DNA of 64,000 bases, from the NCBI RefSeq assembly GCF_009914755.1, contig NC_060925.1, one strand, 5' to 3'. This document shows, piece by piece, positions 53,301 through 64,000 of this stretch. The notes under the pieces were generated by a model, which saw nothing but the letters and a program-made list of their open reading frames with translations, was not told the DNA's origin and made no database searches. Every line of letters starts with the position of its first letter. The first letter of the stretch is position 1. Source of the DNA: the human T2T-CHM13v2.0 reference genome, Homo sapiens. Position numbers and translations under genes: made by a program.

Positions 53301-53811
53301 ACTACTTAACTGTCTCTCTCCCATTTTACTTAACTCCTCAAATGTCTAAACTGTTCATTCTATAAATAGAGAAGCTGAGTCCTAGAGGGGAAGGACTTAT
53401 CTAAGGCCACACAGTGGGTCCATGGCAGAGATGAACCTGGGACCTAGATATGCTGCCTCTTTTTTAGCCTCCCAAATTTTCTACCACCTTCTTCCAGTCC
53501 AAGTCAATTGCATTGTTTTTCATAAGCTTGCAACACCATCTTCCTGATGGCATTTTAAGAAAACCAGACGGCATTCAGCAGAAAGCCTGCCCAGCATCAA
53601 GAGAAACCAGGACTTTGATGTGCTCCAATTGGAGCACAGAATATATGTAGAAAATACCAAGCAAATGTTTGGACTAGAAATCCAAAATAACATGTATTTA
53701 ACTTTGCAATTTAAAAAGCTAAATTCAAACATGTGTCTTGTTGGTTTTCCAGAAAATATAGAATCTTGAAGCATAAAATTAAATAAACACCAGCCACAAC
53801 TGTGGTCTCTT

Positions 53812-53850
53812 TCTCCCTCCCTCCCTCCCTCTCTCCCTCCCTCCCTCCCT
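53812..53850. repeat. (CCCT)n repeat
   Basis: Read directly. Confidence 0.9.
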
Positions 53851-54624
53851 CTTTTCTTCCAGCATTTTCTCTAATTCTTTTCAAACTCTCTCTTTCATTA
53901 AATTAGGAACTTTCCATATGTTTGGTCTGCATAAGGCACCTAATTCACGTTGGCTAATACCATAATACACGGCGGACACTCCTTATTTCCCAGTTACATT
54001 ATACATGGCCAGCTCTCTGGGCCTTTGCTCATGTTATCCCTCTGCCTGTTCTCTTCCTCAGTGCCCTCTATTTGTCGGAAATGCACTCTTTGCAGTCTCC
54101 TTTTTCAAAGGCTATTCCACAGTTCTCCCTGCCATTTAATTGGCTACTTTATTCCTCTTAAATCTTGTTGCAAAAATATAGCTATGAAATCCTCAATTTC
54201 TTCAAATTTACAGTACAGATAAAAATATTTCTATTTGTCCCACAGAGATTTGCAAAGATTAAATTAATAGATATCCATGAAATAGCTTGGAAAAGACTAA
54301 AGTGTTCCACTGTTAGTATTAGTCTTTCACCCTCCCTCCCTTATTCCCTCTCTCTCCCTTCCTTCCTTCTTTCCTTGTTTCCTAAATTCTTAGGAAAATA
54401 TACCCTTCCTTTGTTGGGACATGAGGTGCCCCAAACATATAAATGTAATAGATTTCATCATTAGCCAGAATGATAACTAGACAAGCAGTCTCCTTCAGCA
54501 TCTAGGGCCAATCTACCCTATAGGATTGCTGTAATAGTATCTACCCTATAGGATTATTATAATGGTTCAATTAAAAGATGCATGTAAGGTTCTTTCACTC
54601 ATTTCCAGCACCTGATAATTGACA

Positions 54625-54875
54625 AAATAACAACAGCTAACATTCATCAAACACATGTGCTAGGCAGATTCTAAGCATATTACTTGTATTAATTTAATCT
54701 TTGAGACAACTCTTTGAGGATTCTTATTATCCCAATTTTATAGACAGGAAAACTGAGGCACAGGAAGGTTAAATTACTTGCCTAAGATCCTACAGATTGA
54801 AAATGACAGAGTTAGGATTTGAGCCAGGTAGTGTGACTCCATATCCTGTTCACTTATCCATTGTGGTGAACTGTC
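54625..54875 (-). mobile_element. Near full-length MIR
   Basis: acagctaacattcatc...aaactgaggcacaggaaggttaaattacttgcctaagatc...ggatttgagccaggtagtgtgactcca. Confidence 0.9.
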
Positions 54876-55837
54876 TCTAAATAAGCAGTAGACTTAATTG
54901 CTGTTATTAATGAGGTCAGCACCAGAAAGGAGAGAAGCAAATGTGGTGCCTTGGAAAGCCTCACAAAAATCCTTCACAGCACTGCAGCCCTGCCGAGTTG
55001 ATTCAGGACATAGAAATGCCTGATGGTTCCTTTCAAAATGGCTCCTGCTGACAAAATTCCAGATCCCCATGCTTTGCTCTTTGGCATTAATTAAAACAAA
55101 GGAGTTAATCAAGATAAACTTCCACACCTACCCAGCACCAGCCTGGAAGTTTATCATGTCTAAATATGTTTCTTATGCATTTACTGCAAATTAGTTTCTG
55201 AAAGTGAATTTCAAGGTCTAGTGACTCTGAGGTTCCCTAACTCCATTTTCATTAAGTTTTCACAAATGATCTACTGTTGCATTATTCTTTTATAGTGCAG
55301 ATTTAAGGCCCCACTATGAAAAGCAATTATGCTGTCAGAAAAGTGTATTTTGACTTATTAAAAAATCTGAAAGGTTTCAGAAAACTATTTATTTAGGTTC
55401 TCATCAGGAAAGTATTTTGACAGTCCTCAGAAAAAAAGCACTTTTCAGTTGCATACTATTTGGAGTAGCCTAACAAGGCCTTTCCGCGACACATATGTGG
55501 GGTAGTGGAATAAGCACAGCACAGAGCATCAAGAGGCTATGAGTGCTACTTCCGGCAGAAAGGCCTTGGGTCTTTCTGTCCTCATCTGAAAAAATACAGA
55601 GGTTGGACACAGTAACCTCCAGAATAACAAGTGTACAGAGGTTCTATGATTACAACTGCCTGTACTGAGCACCTACTATGTCTCAGGGATGGTGTATATC
55701 TAACTCTGAGAGGCATACTATATATCATTCCCATTTTATAGATGAGGAAACTGAAGCTTAAAATGGTTAGGTGACTTACCCAAGGTCACTCAGTAGACAG
55801 TAGATTTGGGGTGTAACCTCTATTGTATATTCTATGG

Positions 55838-56178
55838 CAGGGGTCCCCAAACCCCCAGCCTTGGACAGGTACTGGGCTGTGGCCTGTAAGGAACCAGGCA
55901 ATACAGCAGGAGGTGAGCAGTGGGCAAGGAGTGAGAATTACTGCTTGAGCTCTGCCTCTTGTCAGATCAGCGGCAGCATTAGATTCTCATAGGAGTGAGA
56001 ACCCTATTGTGAACTGCGCAAATGAGGGATCTGGGTTGTGTGCTCGTTATGAGAATCCAATGCCTGATGATCTGAGGTAGAGCAGTTTTATCCTGAAACC
56101 ATCTCCCCCTCCACCCCCAGTGGAAAAATTCTCTTCCACAAAAACAGTCCCTGGTGCCAAAAAGGTTGGGGACCACTC
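55838..56178 (+). mobile_element. MER1B hAT-Charlie MITE
   Basis: caggggtccccaaacccc...gtcagatcagcggcagcattagattctcataggag...ggtgccaaaaaggttggggaccact; target duplication ttctatgg/ttctgtga. Confidence 0.95.
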
Positions 56179-56186
56179 TTCTGTGA

Positions 56187-56550
56187 TACATACACATGAT
56201 GAAATAGTATTGAGGGGAAAAAAAACAGAAAAACTGTTGATATGTTCAATAATATGGACGGTTGACTTAAATAAGTCAGATATAAAAGAGTTCATACTCT
56301 TTGACTCCATTTATATTTATATGAAGTATTTATAGAAAGTTCAAGAACAGACAAAACTAATATGCAGCAATGGAATCAAAAGTGGCTGCCTATGGAGGGG
56401 CAGAGAGTGAATAGACAGAAGAACTTTCTGAGGTGATAAAAATATTCTAAATCTTGGTAGGGATGGTTAAAAAGATGTACACATTATCAATGCCCATGGA
56501 ATCAAATGCTTAAGTTCAGTGCATTTTACTGTACATAAACCTCAAAAAAA
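56187..56550 (+). mobile_element. L1ME-type 3' end
   Basis: aaagttcaagaacagacaaaactaat...gaactttctgaggtgataaaaatattcta...gtgcattttactgtacataaacctcaaaaaaa. Confidence 0.75.
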
Positions 56551-57159
56551 GTGTATGTGGCTAGTGGGCAGTTTGTTTGGCTTGTGAACCCCATGCACTG
56601 ACACCAGTATACAAAGACTTGCCTCCTTTGAATAGGCTGGGGCAGTGCGCCCAATCTCTAGGAACCTAAAAGGCAGGGATAGCTCTCTTCTCTGCCTGGT
56701 GTTTCTCCATCTATGCAGGCCTCTGATGATGCTGGGCAAGATCTCTGCATTGAGAGAATGATCAAGGCTTGTGTTTGTGCCTTTGTCCTGCATGACTATG
56801 GGTCAGTAATTCCCCTTCTTGGATACTAGTTTCCTCATTTTAAAATAAACAGTCTATAAGCACCTTTCTAACTCTAAACTTACCTCACTTCGTACCGAGG
56901 TGCTTTTTTCATGAAAAGTCCCCACGCCTAGTTGCTTTCATTATGGAAAGCTGGACTGAGGGCAACAGAGGTAGGGAAGCTGAAGGGAGATGGTCAAGTT
57001 GGGGGATATGGACTTAGTCCATCCGTATCTTCTCATACAGTAATTATAAGTAATATTGTGAAATAATATGAGGTGTGAAATAGTCAGGAGGATGAGGACT
57101 CAGACATGATCCTAGTTTAGGTCTCAGTCCATGGACAGAATAAGGATTCAGTTGTGTCT

Positions 57160-57385
57160 TATTTTTAGCTTATTTTTTGTATGCCTGCTCTATTCTAGAC
57201 ACTGACTAGTATCCTTTAAAGGCAGTCCCTCATTTCATTCTCAATCCCGTGGGGTAGGCATCATTATCCCATTTTATAGGTGAAGAAAGGTTAAATAATT
57301 TGCCTGAGGTAGGTGACTTTCTTACAGCGTAGCTAGAATCTGATTCATATATCTCTACTTTGAACCTCTATCTTAAAAGACAATG
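57160..57385 (-). mobile_element. MIR
   Basis: gtaggcatcattatcccattttataggtgaagaaaggttaaataatttgcctgaggt. Confidence 0.75.
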
Positions 57386-58722
57386 TTGGCCTGAAGTTAG
57401 CCTATGGGTCAGGGCTCAGCCTGAAGCCAAGTTTAAGAGGCTCAGTCTGTGACCAAGATCAGTGATCAGTATAAGACAGGGGTTAGAAAGAATTGTTCAT
57501 TTTTTGGCAGATATTATTTTTGAAACCAAAGCATAGGGGATAAAAAATACATTCTAGATTGGAAAGAAAAGATAACTAATTTGAAGGTGGCACCCACTGT
57601 TTGTTACGCAGTAAGGGCTGCAACAGGAACAATTAGAAGACTCTTATTCCATGTAACCCTAAAATATACCTTTTGATGTAGGTATTACCAGGCTCATATA
57701 GATCAAGCAACTGGCCCAAATTTGTCAAATTTAAAACATTCTCATGAGCACCTAATTCTATCTCTAGTCCGTAGTGTGTAGTGTGTGCAAGTGTGTGTGT
57801 GTCAGGAAATACGTAAACAGAATAAAGGTTACAGTATAATGCTAGGGATGCCCTCAAGCAAATTCTTTTTCTTTTTTAATTGATATAAATTTCACTAAGT
57901 GAAATCTAGATTTTCACTAAGTTATTGTGGTGGTAGTCCCATAACTATTCATGGCTATAATTTTAAAATGCCAAGCCATCTATTTGAATTAAGGCATGAA
58001 AAATAAAGTTATCTTTATAATATATTTGGATCTATTTCCTGGCCAATTAACTGTGTACATATCACATTTTAGGGTGAATTGCTCTACTGCAGCCTCTTCC
58101 AACTTCCTAATGAAACATACAGGAAAGGCAAAGAAATAATAATAATTTACAATATCCACAATTAGAATGACAATCTATTGCTAGAAACTGGGAGTTACTT
58201 CTATGAACTCTAGTACTGCCAGAGCTGGGCTAAAGAAAACAGTTAGTGGCCTACTTATGCTTTGTCTCAAGAAATAGAACAGGGCCTTCCACTGAAAGAA
58301 GGTGGGAAAAAACCCCAATTCATCCCTTGACCACTATCTATGGGACTCAAGAGCTATAACAGGCAGCAAACTGGCATCCCTTCCTCTATTTCATAAGCAT
58401 TGTTATTTAAGGCAGCCGAAGTACTTCTATCTTCAATCCCTGCTCAAACCTTTCTCCCCCTAGACATATCTTACTGCATTTATTCGATGACTTCAACTTT
58501 CAGAAAACATAAAGGGCACTGATTATGGTATGCTGCATCCTAGGAACTGTCATCTACACTTATAAAACAATGTAGTCAAGCATGACAAACAAGAAGTGGT
58601 AACAGGGTTATTAGAGATAGTAGCGTTGGGGTTTTGTGTGCTTGTTTGTTTATTTAATGTGCTACAGAGAACAAAGTAGTGTAGGTTAGAGAAGATCCCA
58701 TCTCAGTACATCACAGACTGGA

Positions 58723-59182
58723 TGTGCTAGTTCAGGTGCTCTGAAAATCTGACATCAAACATCCTATATGTGCAATAAATTTACTTTGGGAAATGGCTGT
58801 GAGAGAAAATGAGGAGGGAACTCTGAGAGGCTGGGATTGCAGTCAGATATGATGTAGGTACTCAAGGGTATGACCTTGAGTGAAGGATAAAGGGAAAGAA
58901 GGACGAAAGTTTAGGTAGAAGTGTCTTAGACTGCAGTGCAGTTCTAAGGAAAGATAGACAAGGCCAACAGAGAGAGCTTGAGCCAAGTATGCCTGTCAGA
59001 AGAGTCCCCCATTACCCCAGGAATAGGACAGCCTTAATATCCCAACTGAGCTGAGCTTTTTGTGAGGGCAGCCTATGGAATGTGTTTCCTGTGTGCAAAT
59101 GCAGCAGTGGATTTCAGCACAGCAGCTGGGACCCTCAGTCAATTACAGTTCTTGCATGAGAAGTACTCTGCTGGCTGCCACA
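58723..59182 (-). mobile_element. LTR16A solo LTR (ERVL)
   Basis: gtcttagactgcagtgcagttctaaggaaag...tgtcagaagagtccc...gcagctgggaccctcagtcaattac...ggctgccaca; target duplication ctgga/ctggg. Confidence 0.88.
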
Positions 59183-61410
59183 CTGGGAGAAGTGTACAAC
59201 TTAGTCTCCTGTTATAGACCTGAGGAGGAGATATGAACACAGTGATGAGAAATGCCACATCCTAAATTTCATCCACAAAGTCTAGTTAGATTCCCATAAA
59301 TTTTATTTTTATAAAACTTGATAGAGGAGAAATTTATGAACCAAAATCTAATTGAGTCTATAGACATTCTTATTACTTCCCCATTTGACTCACCTATTTG
59401 GCGAGTGAAGTAATTGGATGAATCTTGGAGAATGACTATAAAATACTATAAATTTAAATAGGTGGTGACTCTAATTACAGTTGTTATTCTGGATAAATTT
59501 ATTGGCTAAATATCAAACAATTCCTATTTCTGGCACCTTGTATAAGCTATTGATCTGGCAAATACTTTTCTCTTTATCAGTTTTCAAAGACCACAGGAAA
59601 CAGATTCTACCTGTCAGGGACCATAGCATACCTTCCCTATATTTTTGTAGGGCTATTTCAATTCTCTTGCTTTTTTATCATAATCTAGTCTGCTGAGCTC
59701 TTGATTATCTTGACTCCCACAGATCATCCCAATGGTACACTATGTTGACAGCTACAATATTATAAGGAGGAAGTTGCAAGTGCCATAAATGCTGTAAAAG
59801 ACACAGAATGTGAGAAAGTGAGAGATAAATCTCATAAAAATCCAGAAGCCTATCATTTCAATGAAATTTAAAAATGTCTAGGGGTCTGGGGCATATTGGA
59901 ATATCCCCTCCAAAGTGAAAAATAAGTTGCTATATTTTGTACTAAAGAAGCACAATGACAGGTGGGCCTTTCTGGATTTTGAAGGAAACATGCACCATAT
60001 TTGACTGTGTTGTTCTTCTATTGAATAATCTGTAATGTTACCAGTTTTTGGTGGAGCCCACAGAAAGAGAAGACTGTGCAGTAGGTCCAGACTACAATGA
60101 ATGTTGCGCTGGTTTGGACCTTATGACCCAACAGACCCAAAATTACTGTGGTCAATAGGGATGCTCTGTGAAGCCTATGGCAAGCTCCAGTAGGAAAACC
60201 ACACAGAAGATTCCTATAGGTAAGAGAAACCATCTCAACTATCTTGAGAAACACCTGCTAGTTGTGTTGTAAACCCCGATAAAGATGAAACATCTGACTC
60301 TGGGACATCAAGTGATTACGTGGCCTGAATTGCTCCTCATGAACCAAGTATAATCTGACTCCCAGGAAGCCATAAGATTGAGCCTACTATCCACCAACAA
60401 GTGAAAATGGTGTAAGTGATATAGCGGCATACAAGGTTCTAATAGATATGAAGATACAAGTAAGTTGCATGAACAGGTAAGTTGGATTCCTAGAGCATTT
60501 CTTCCTGCAGCACTGTTTCTTTACCTTCAGTTCACGCTATGACTTCAAAGGAAATTCTGTGGAACTGATTGAAGAATAAGAAATCTGCATGGCACGCTGG
60601 TATCAATCAGAAGTGGGTTGCTATAGTTTTATAGTCCCCAAATCAGAGGTATCCCTGAAAGATAATAGTAATGGGGAATCTTTCCAGTGCTCAGAACTTC
60701 AAGCAGAACATTTGGTTGTCCACTTTGTTTGAACAGAGAGATGGCCAGAAGTACATGTCTTCTTATTAATAGCCTAATGGTTTTGCTAGATGATCAGAAA
60801 CTTGGAATGAAGATTGGAATATTGTTATCAGGGAGATCTGAGCAAGACATTTGACAATGGAATTATTGGGATGGGAAGAGTGTGAATGTTTTATATTTTA
60901 CATAAATCTAACTAAAGAGTACCCACTGCAGAGGGGGTTCCCAAATATCATGTAGATAAAATAATGTATTCCTTGGATGTCAGTTAGTCTCCTTATCCAG
61001 ACTTCCAAGTTCTGGCTTGATGGATCAATATACAAAGAGGCCATGGCAGCAAGCTACACAACTTGGACTTTTCCTGAATATCGAATCTGTCAGTAGCAGA
61101 GACCAATACTGATTCTCTGATATGGTACCATTGACCAGCCAGTCACTTGGTGGCAGAATGATTATAGTATACTCCTTCCATAATGAAGGGGCAGTGATTT
61201 GTCCTCGCTGGAAAGTGCATTTATTATGGACTTGAATCTGCTTTTTCTATACTAATGCTTCTTCTAGCACCATCATCCATGGGTTATATTAATAGAATGT
61301 CTTATTTACCTATGGTGTCCTACACAGCATTCATTCTGACAAACATACTCATTTTGCTGCAAAGACATAGCAGTGATAGGCTCATGCATATAATATTTAT
61401 TGGTCTTATC

Positions 61411-61840
61411 CTTGCAGTTCCTAGAATATGTCAAGCATGCATCTACCTCTGGACCTTTGCACTTGCCATTCTCTCTGCCTGGAATGCTCTTCCCCTAGAG
61501 AAACAAAGGGCTCATTCCTCCTCAACCTTTAGTCTTAACTCCAATATCCCCTACTTTTTTAGACCTTCTAAGGACCATCCCACCTAAAGTTGCAACACTC
61601 TTTCCAGATTTTATATCACCCTCACTACCTTTTTCCTTTCTTCAGCATGTATCACAAATCTTGCATATATTTCACTTATTAATATTTTTATTGTCTCCCC
61701 ATTAGAAAGTATCCCTATGAACCCAGAGATTTTTTTTTTCTGCAGTGTTTTCTACAGTGTCCCTAAACCAATACTGTCCCTAGTGTGCCTGGCACATAGT
61801 AGATGCTCAATAAACATTTTTGAATGAGTGATGAATGAAC
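61411..61840 (+). mobile_element. L2 3' end within the ERVL integrase
   Basis: ggacctttgcacttgccattctctctgcctggaatgctcttccc...cctggcacatagtagatgctcaataaacattttttgaatgagtgatgaatgaa. Confidence 0.88.
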
Positions 61841-61869
61841 AAACCTGGATAGTATATAGGAAGTATAAG

Positions 61870-62017
61870 GAAGGCTAACAATGCATGAATACCGAGTACA
61901 ATTCTATAAGCCAGAACTCTAGATTTTAATTTTGGCTGTGCCAGTTATAAGCTCTGTGACTGTAGACTGTTTATTAACCTTTCTGTTCCTCTGCTTCTTC
62001 CTCTGTAAAATAAAAAT
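61870..62017 (+). mobile_element. MIR fragment within the ERVL integrase
   Basis: ggctgtgccagttataagctctgtgactgtagac...ttaacctttctgttcctctgcttcttcctctgtaaaat. Confidence 0.7.
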
Positions 62018-62955
62018 TGGTGTCTAAAAATATATTTATTTGTTTTAATATATGCCTCATTTCCAAGAAGCAGTTGGCCTCATAGATTTATGAGATGATC
62101 TAATAAAGTCTCAGTTCCAGTTCCAGTTGGGAAACCGAAAGTTTGGGGTGTTCTCTGACAAGAGATAATGTATGCTTTGAAACAGTGTTTAACATATGAT
62201 GCTGTTTCTCACACAGTGAGAACATAGACATCCGAGACTCAAGGGTGGAAATGAGATTGGCTCCTCTCATATTACACCTGAAAACCCATTTACAGAAGTT
62301 TCATTTCTCATACCCACAACCTTGGGGTCTGCTTGATTAGGAGGTTTTATTTCCTAAGGGAACACAATAATGGCTCCATTGAAGTAGAAGCTAAGGCTAC
62401 CACTGGTCATTTAGAGTTCCTTATGCTACTAAGCTAACAGGCAAAGAATCATGTTGCCGTATTGGCTGGGGAGACTGATCCCAATTACTAACGAAAATTG
62501 GGTTGTTGTGACACAAATGGGAGCAAGAAACACTAGTCTGGAACCCAGAGGATTATCTGCGAAGCTTTTTAGTGCATCTGTGCCCAATAACAAAAGTTAG
62601 TGGAAAAATAAAGTAACCCAATAAAGGTTCACTGAGAATGCATACTCTTCAGAATATAAAGTTCAGCATTGGTAGTTACCTTTACAAGTTGGCCTTTAGA
62701 TTACATATTATTAAGGGTGACTGTGACTAAAAGCCATTGCTCAGAGACAGATAACATGACCTTATCTAGAAACAGATACAGTGGCCATTGGAACCTTGTG
62801 TCTTACTCTTTTGAGGAGATGGTGAGAACATATTTATGCATATGAAAATTAGTTGCATCTTATAAGGTGAAAACACGAAGTTCACATATTTTGTTACTTG
62901 GAAGGTCAACTATGTATGGAAATGTGAGTATAGGTAAGTAACCAAAGGGATGGAC

Positions 62956-63505
62956 TGTGTCCGTTATTCACCTACTGTCTCTCATTCAAATCTACCCTTT
63001 TCACTCTGCTGTGTGATACTGCAAATTACATTTCCCAGATGTCTTTGTTACTGTCTTCCTGCTAGGTTCTGCCAATAACTAAAGAGAAACTGGAAGGCAG
63101 TAGGAGGAGAAAAGAGATTGTTTTTCTGCTTTGTGTGTTTCTATGAGTTAAACCCCAGAAGTAGCTGTTGGGTCCAGCTTCCAGCTTCTTTTGGTACTCC
63201 TAGAACCAGCCTCTTTATGTCCTCTCAGAGGTACCAGCCACAGACAGGCAATGCCCTCTCCTCAAAGGTCTGAATCCAATGCTGCAGAGTCCCTCTCTAA
63301 GCTCCTAGGTCCTGATAACTCCCACTTGTTCCTTTTGTTCCCTAATGCTTCCGGTGATAACAGCTTCCTGCAATTGTCCCTGAGTTATTTAATGTCCTTT
63401 TTTTCTCCTTTAGTCCTCCATCCTAGTAACATTTTCCATATACTAAGCCCTTTTGTTGAAATGCTTAGTGTAATTTTGTTTCCCTGAATGAACCTGACTG
63501 ACCTA
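62956..63505 (+). mobile_element. 3' LTR of the ERVL (LTR33/LTR41-type)
   Basis: TGT start directly after the polypurine tract; gcaaattacatttcccag...taggttctgccaat...; ends tgtttccctgaatgaacctgactga like LTR33-group elements. Confidence 0.8.
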
Positions 63506-64000
63506 GTCACATAGAAATATGTCCTTTTAAACAGGATCTCAAGGTCACTCGACAAGGCAATGGCTAAACTGCATTAATTAATAGCTGCAATGTTTTCAAT
63601 CTTTAAAATAAATTTGTTTTTCTTTTGAGAACAAAGAGTAAAAGAAGCAAAGATACCTGTGCACTCAAGATAAAGGTAAATAATTAAATACCTGGCAGTA
63701 AAAGATAATTGACAACAAATCTGTGCCCTTTACAAATGGAGACCTTTGTGTAAGGTCTATTTAGAACAACTTCAAAGTGACTTAATTCTGCTTGGCAAAA
63801 GCTGGAAAACATAAATGAATTCTCCTTTCCCTTGTTAACTTTGTTCTGATTCCTTTCAAACTCAAATGTTATATTCCAATTGGACTAATAGTCCACACTT
63901 TCTGTGTGTATAAATATGCACTTAACTCTAAATTAGTATCTCTACTTTTCCTCAAATAATTGACCTGTATCCTAAAACTGTAATTTTTAAAATCTTGTGA

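Larger units (their letters stand above)
59366..62955 (+). mobile_element. Decayed ERVL internal region (ERV3-16A3/ERVL-E-like): RT, RNase H, integrase and dUTPase pseudogene
   Basis: Hand translation: ILITSPFDSPIWRVK*LDESWRMT (RT start), AIDLANTF, MVHYVDS at ~59732-59752 (YIDD region), IPSKVKNKLL, WWQNDY at 61148-61165 (integrase), IYWSY..MPHFQEAVG, and a dUTPase-like LAGETDPNY near 62460; polypurine tract ccaaagggatggac before the LTR. Many stops and frameshifts. Confidence 0.9.

Noticed and set aside
57089-57486. CRISPR-like array
   Set aside because: Primate DNA, degenerate contiguous units without unique spacers, and no cas genes.
58723-59182. LTR16A as the 5' LTR of the adjacent ERVL
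   Set aside because: Opposite orientation, a different family from the 3' LTR, and its own target duplication.
59366-62955. Functional or domesticated reverse transcriptase/integrase
   Set aside because: Numerous stops and frameshifts, the catalytic YIDD reads YVDS, and the integrase is interrupted.

Overview
This is primate (most likely human or ape) nuclear non-coding DNA, either intergenic or deep intronic. It contains AluJ, AluS and AluY elements. I recognise no protein-coding gene, RNA gene or CpG island, and the listed ORFs are short, repeat-derived or low-complexity. Much of the window is transposon fossil: dense MIR and L2 fragments, nine Alus, MaLR and ERVL solo LTRs (MLT1A x2, THE1, MST, older MLT1, LTR16A), hAT and Tc-mariner MITEs (MER5A/B, MER20 x2, MER30 x2, MER1B, MER2, MER47, MER91A, MER94) and L1/L3 remnants. 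A decayed ERVL provirus (RT, RNase H, integrase, dUTPase, polypurine tract, 3' LTR) spans about 59.4-63.5 kb. I found no clearly new biological system. The most unusual observations are: (1) a ~620-bp L2+MIR block inside the ERVL integrase with an apparent 16-bp target duplication, AATAAA and an A-tail remnant, possibly a retrocopied non-coding RNA or orphan transduction; (2) two perfect inverted repeats within 100 bp at 50.5 kb; (3) a degenerate 24-bp-period array split by a MIR at 57.1-57.5 kb; (4) two Alus sharing a triplicated target site; (5) a left-arm-only AluY with a perfect 18-bp target duplication. Several repeat-free, motif-rich islands are candidate enhancers. Family names come from remembered consensus sequences, not a database search, and boundaries of old elements are approximate.
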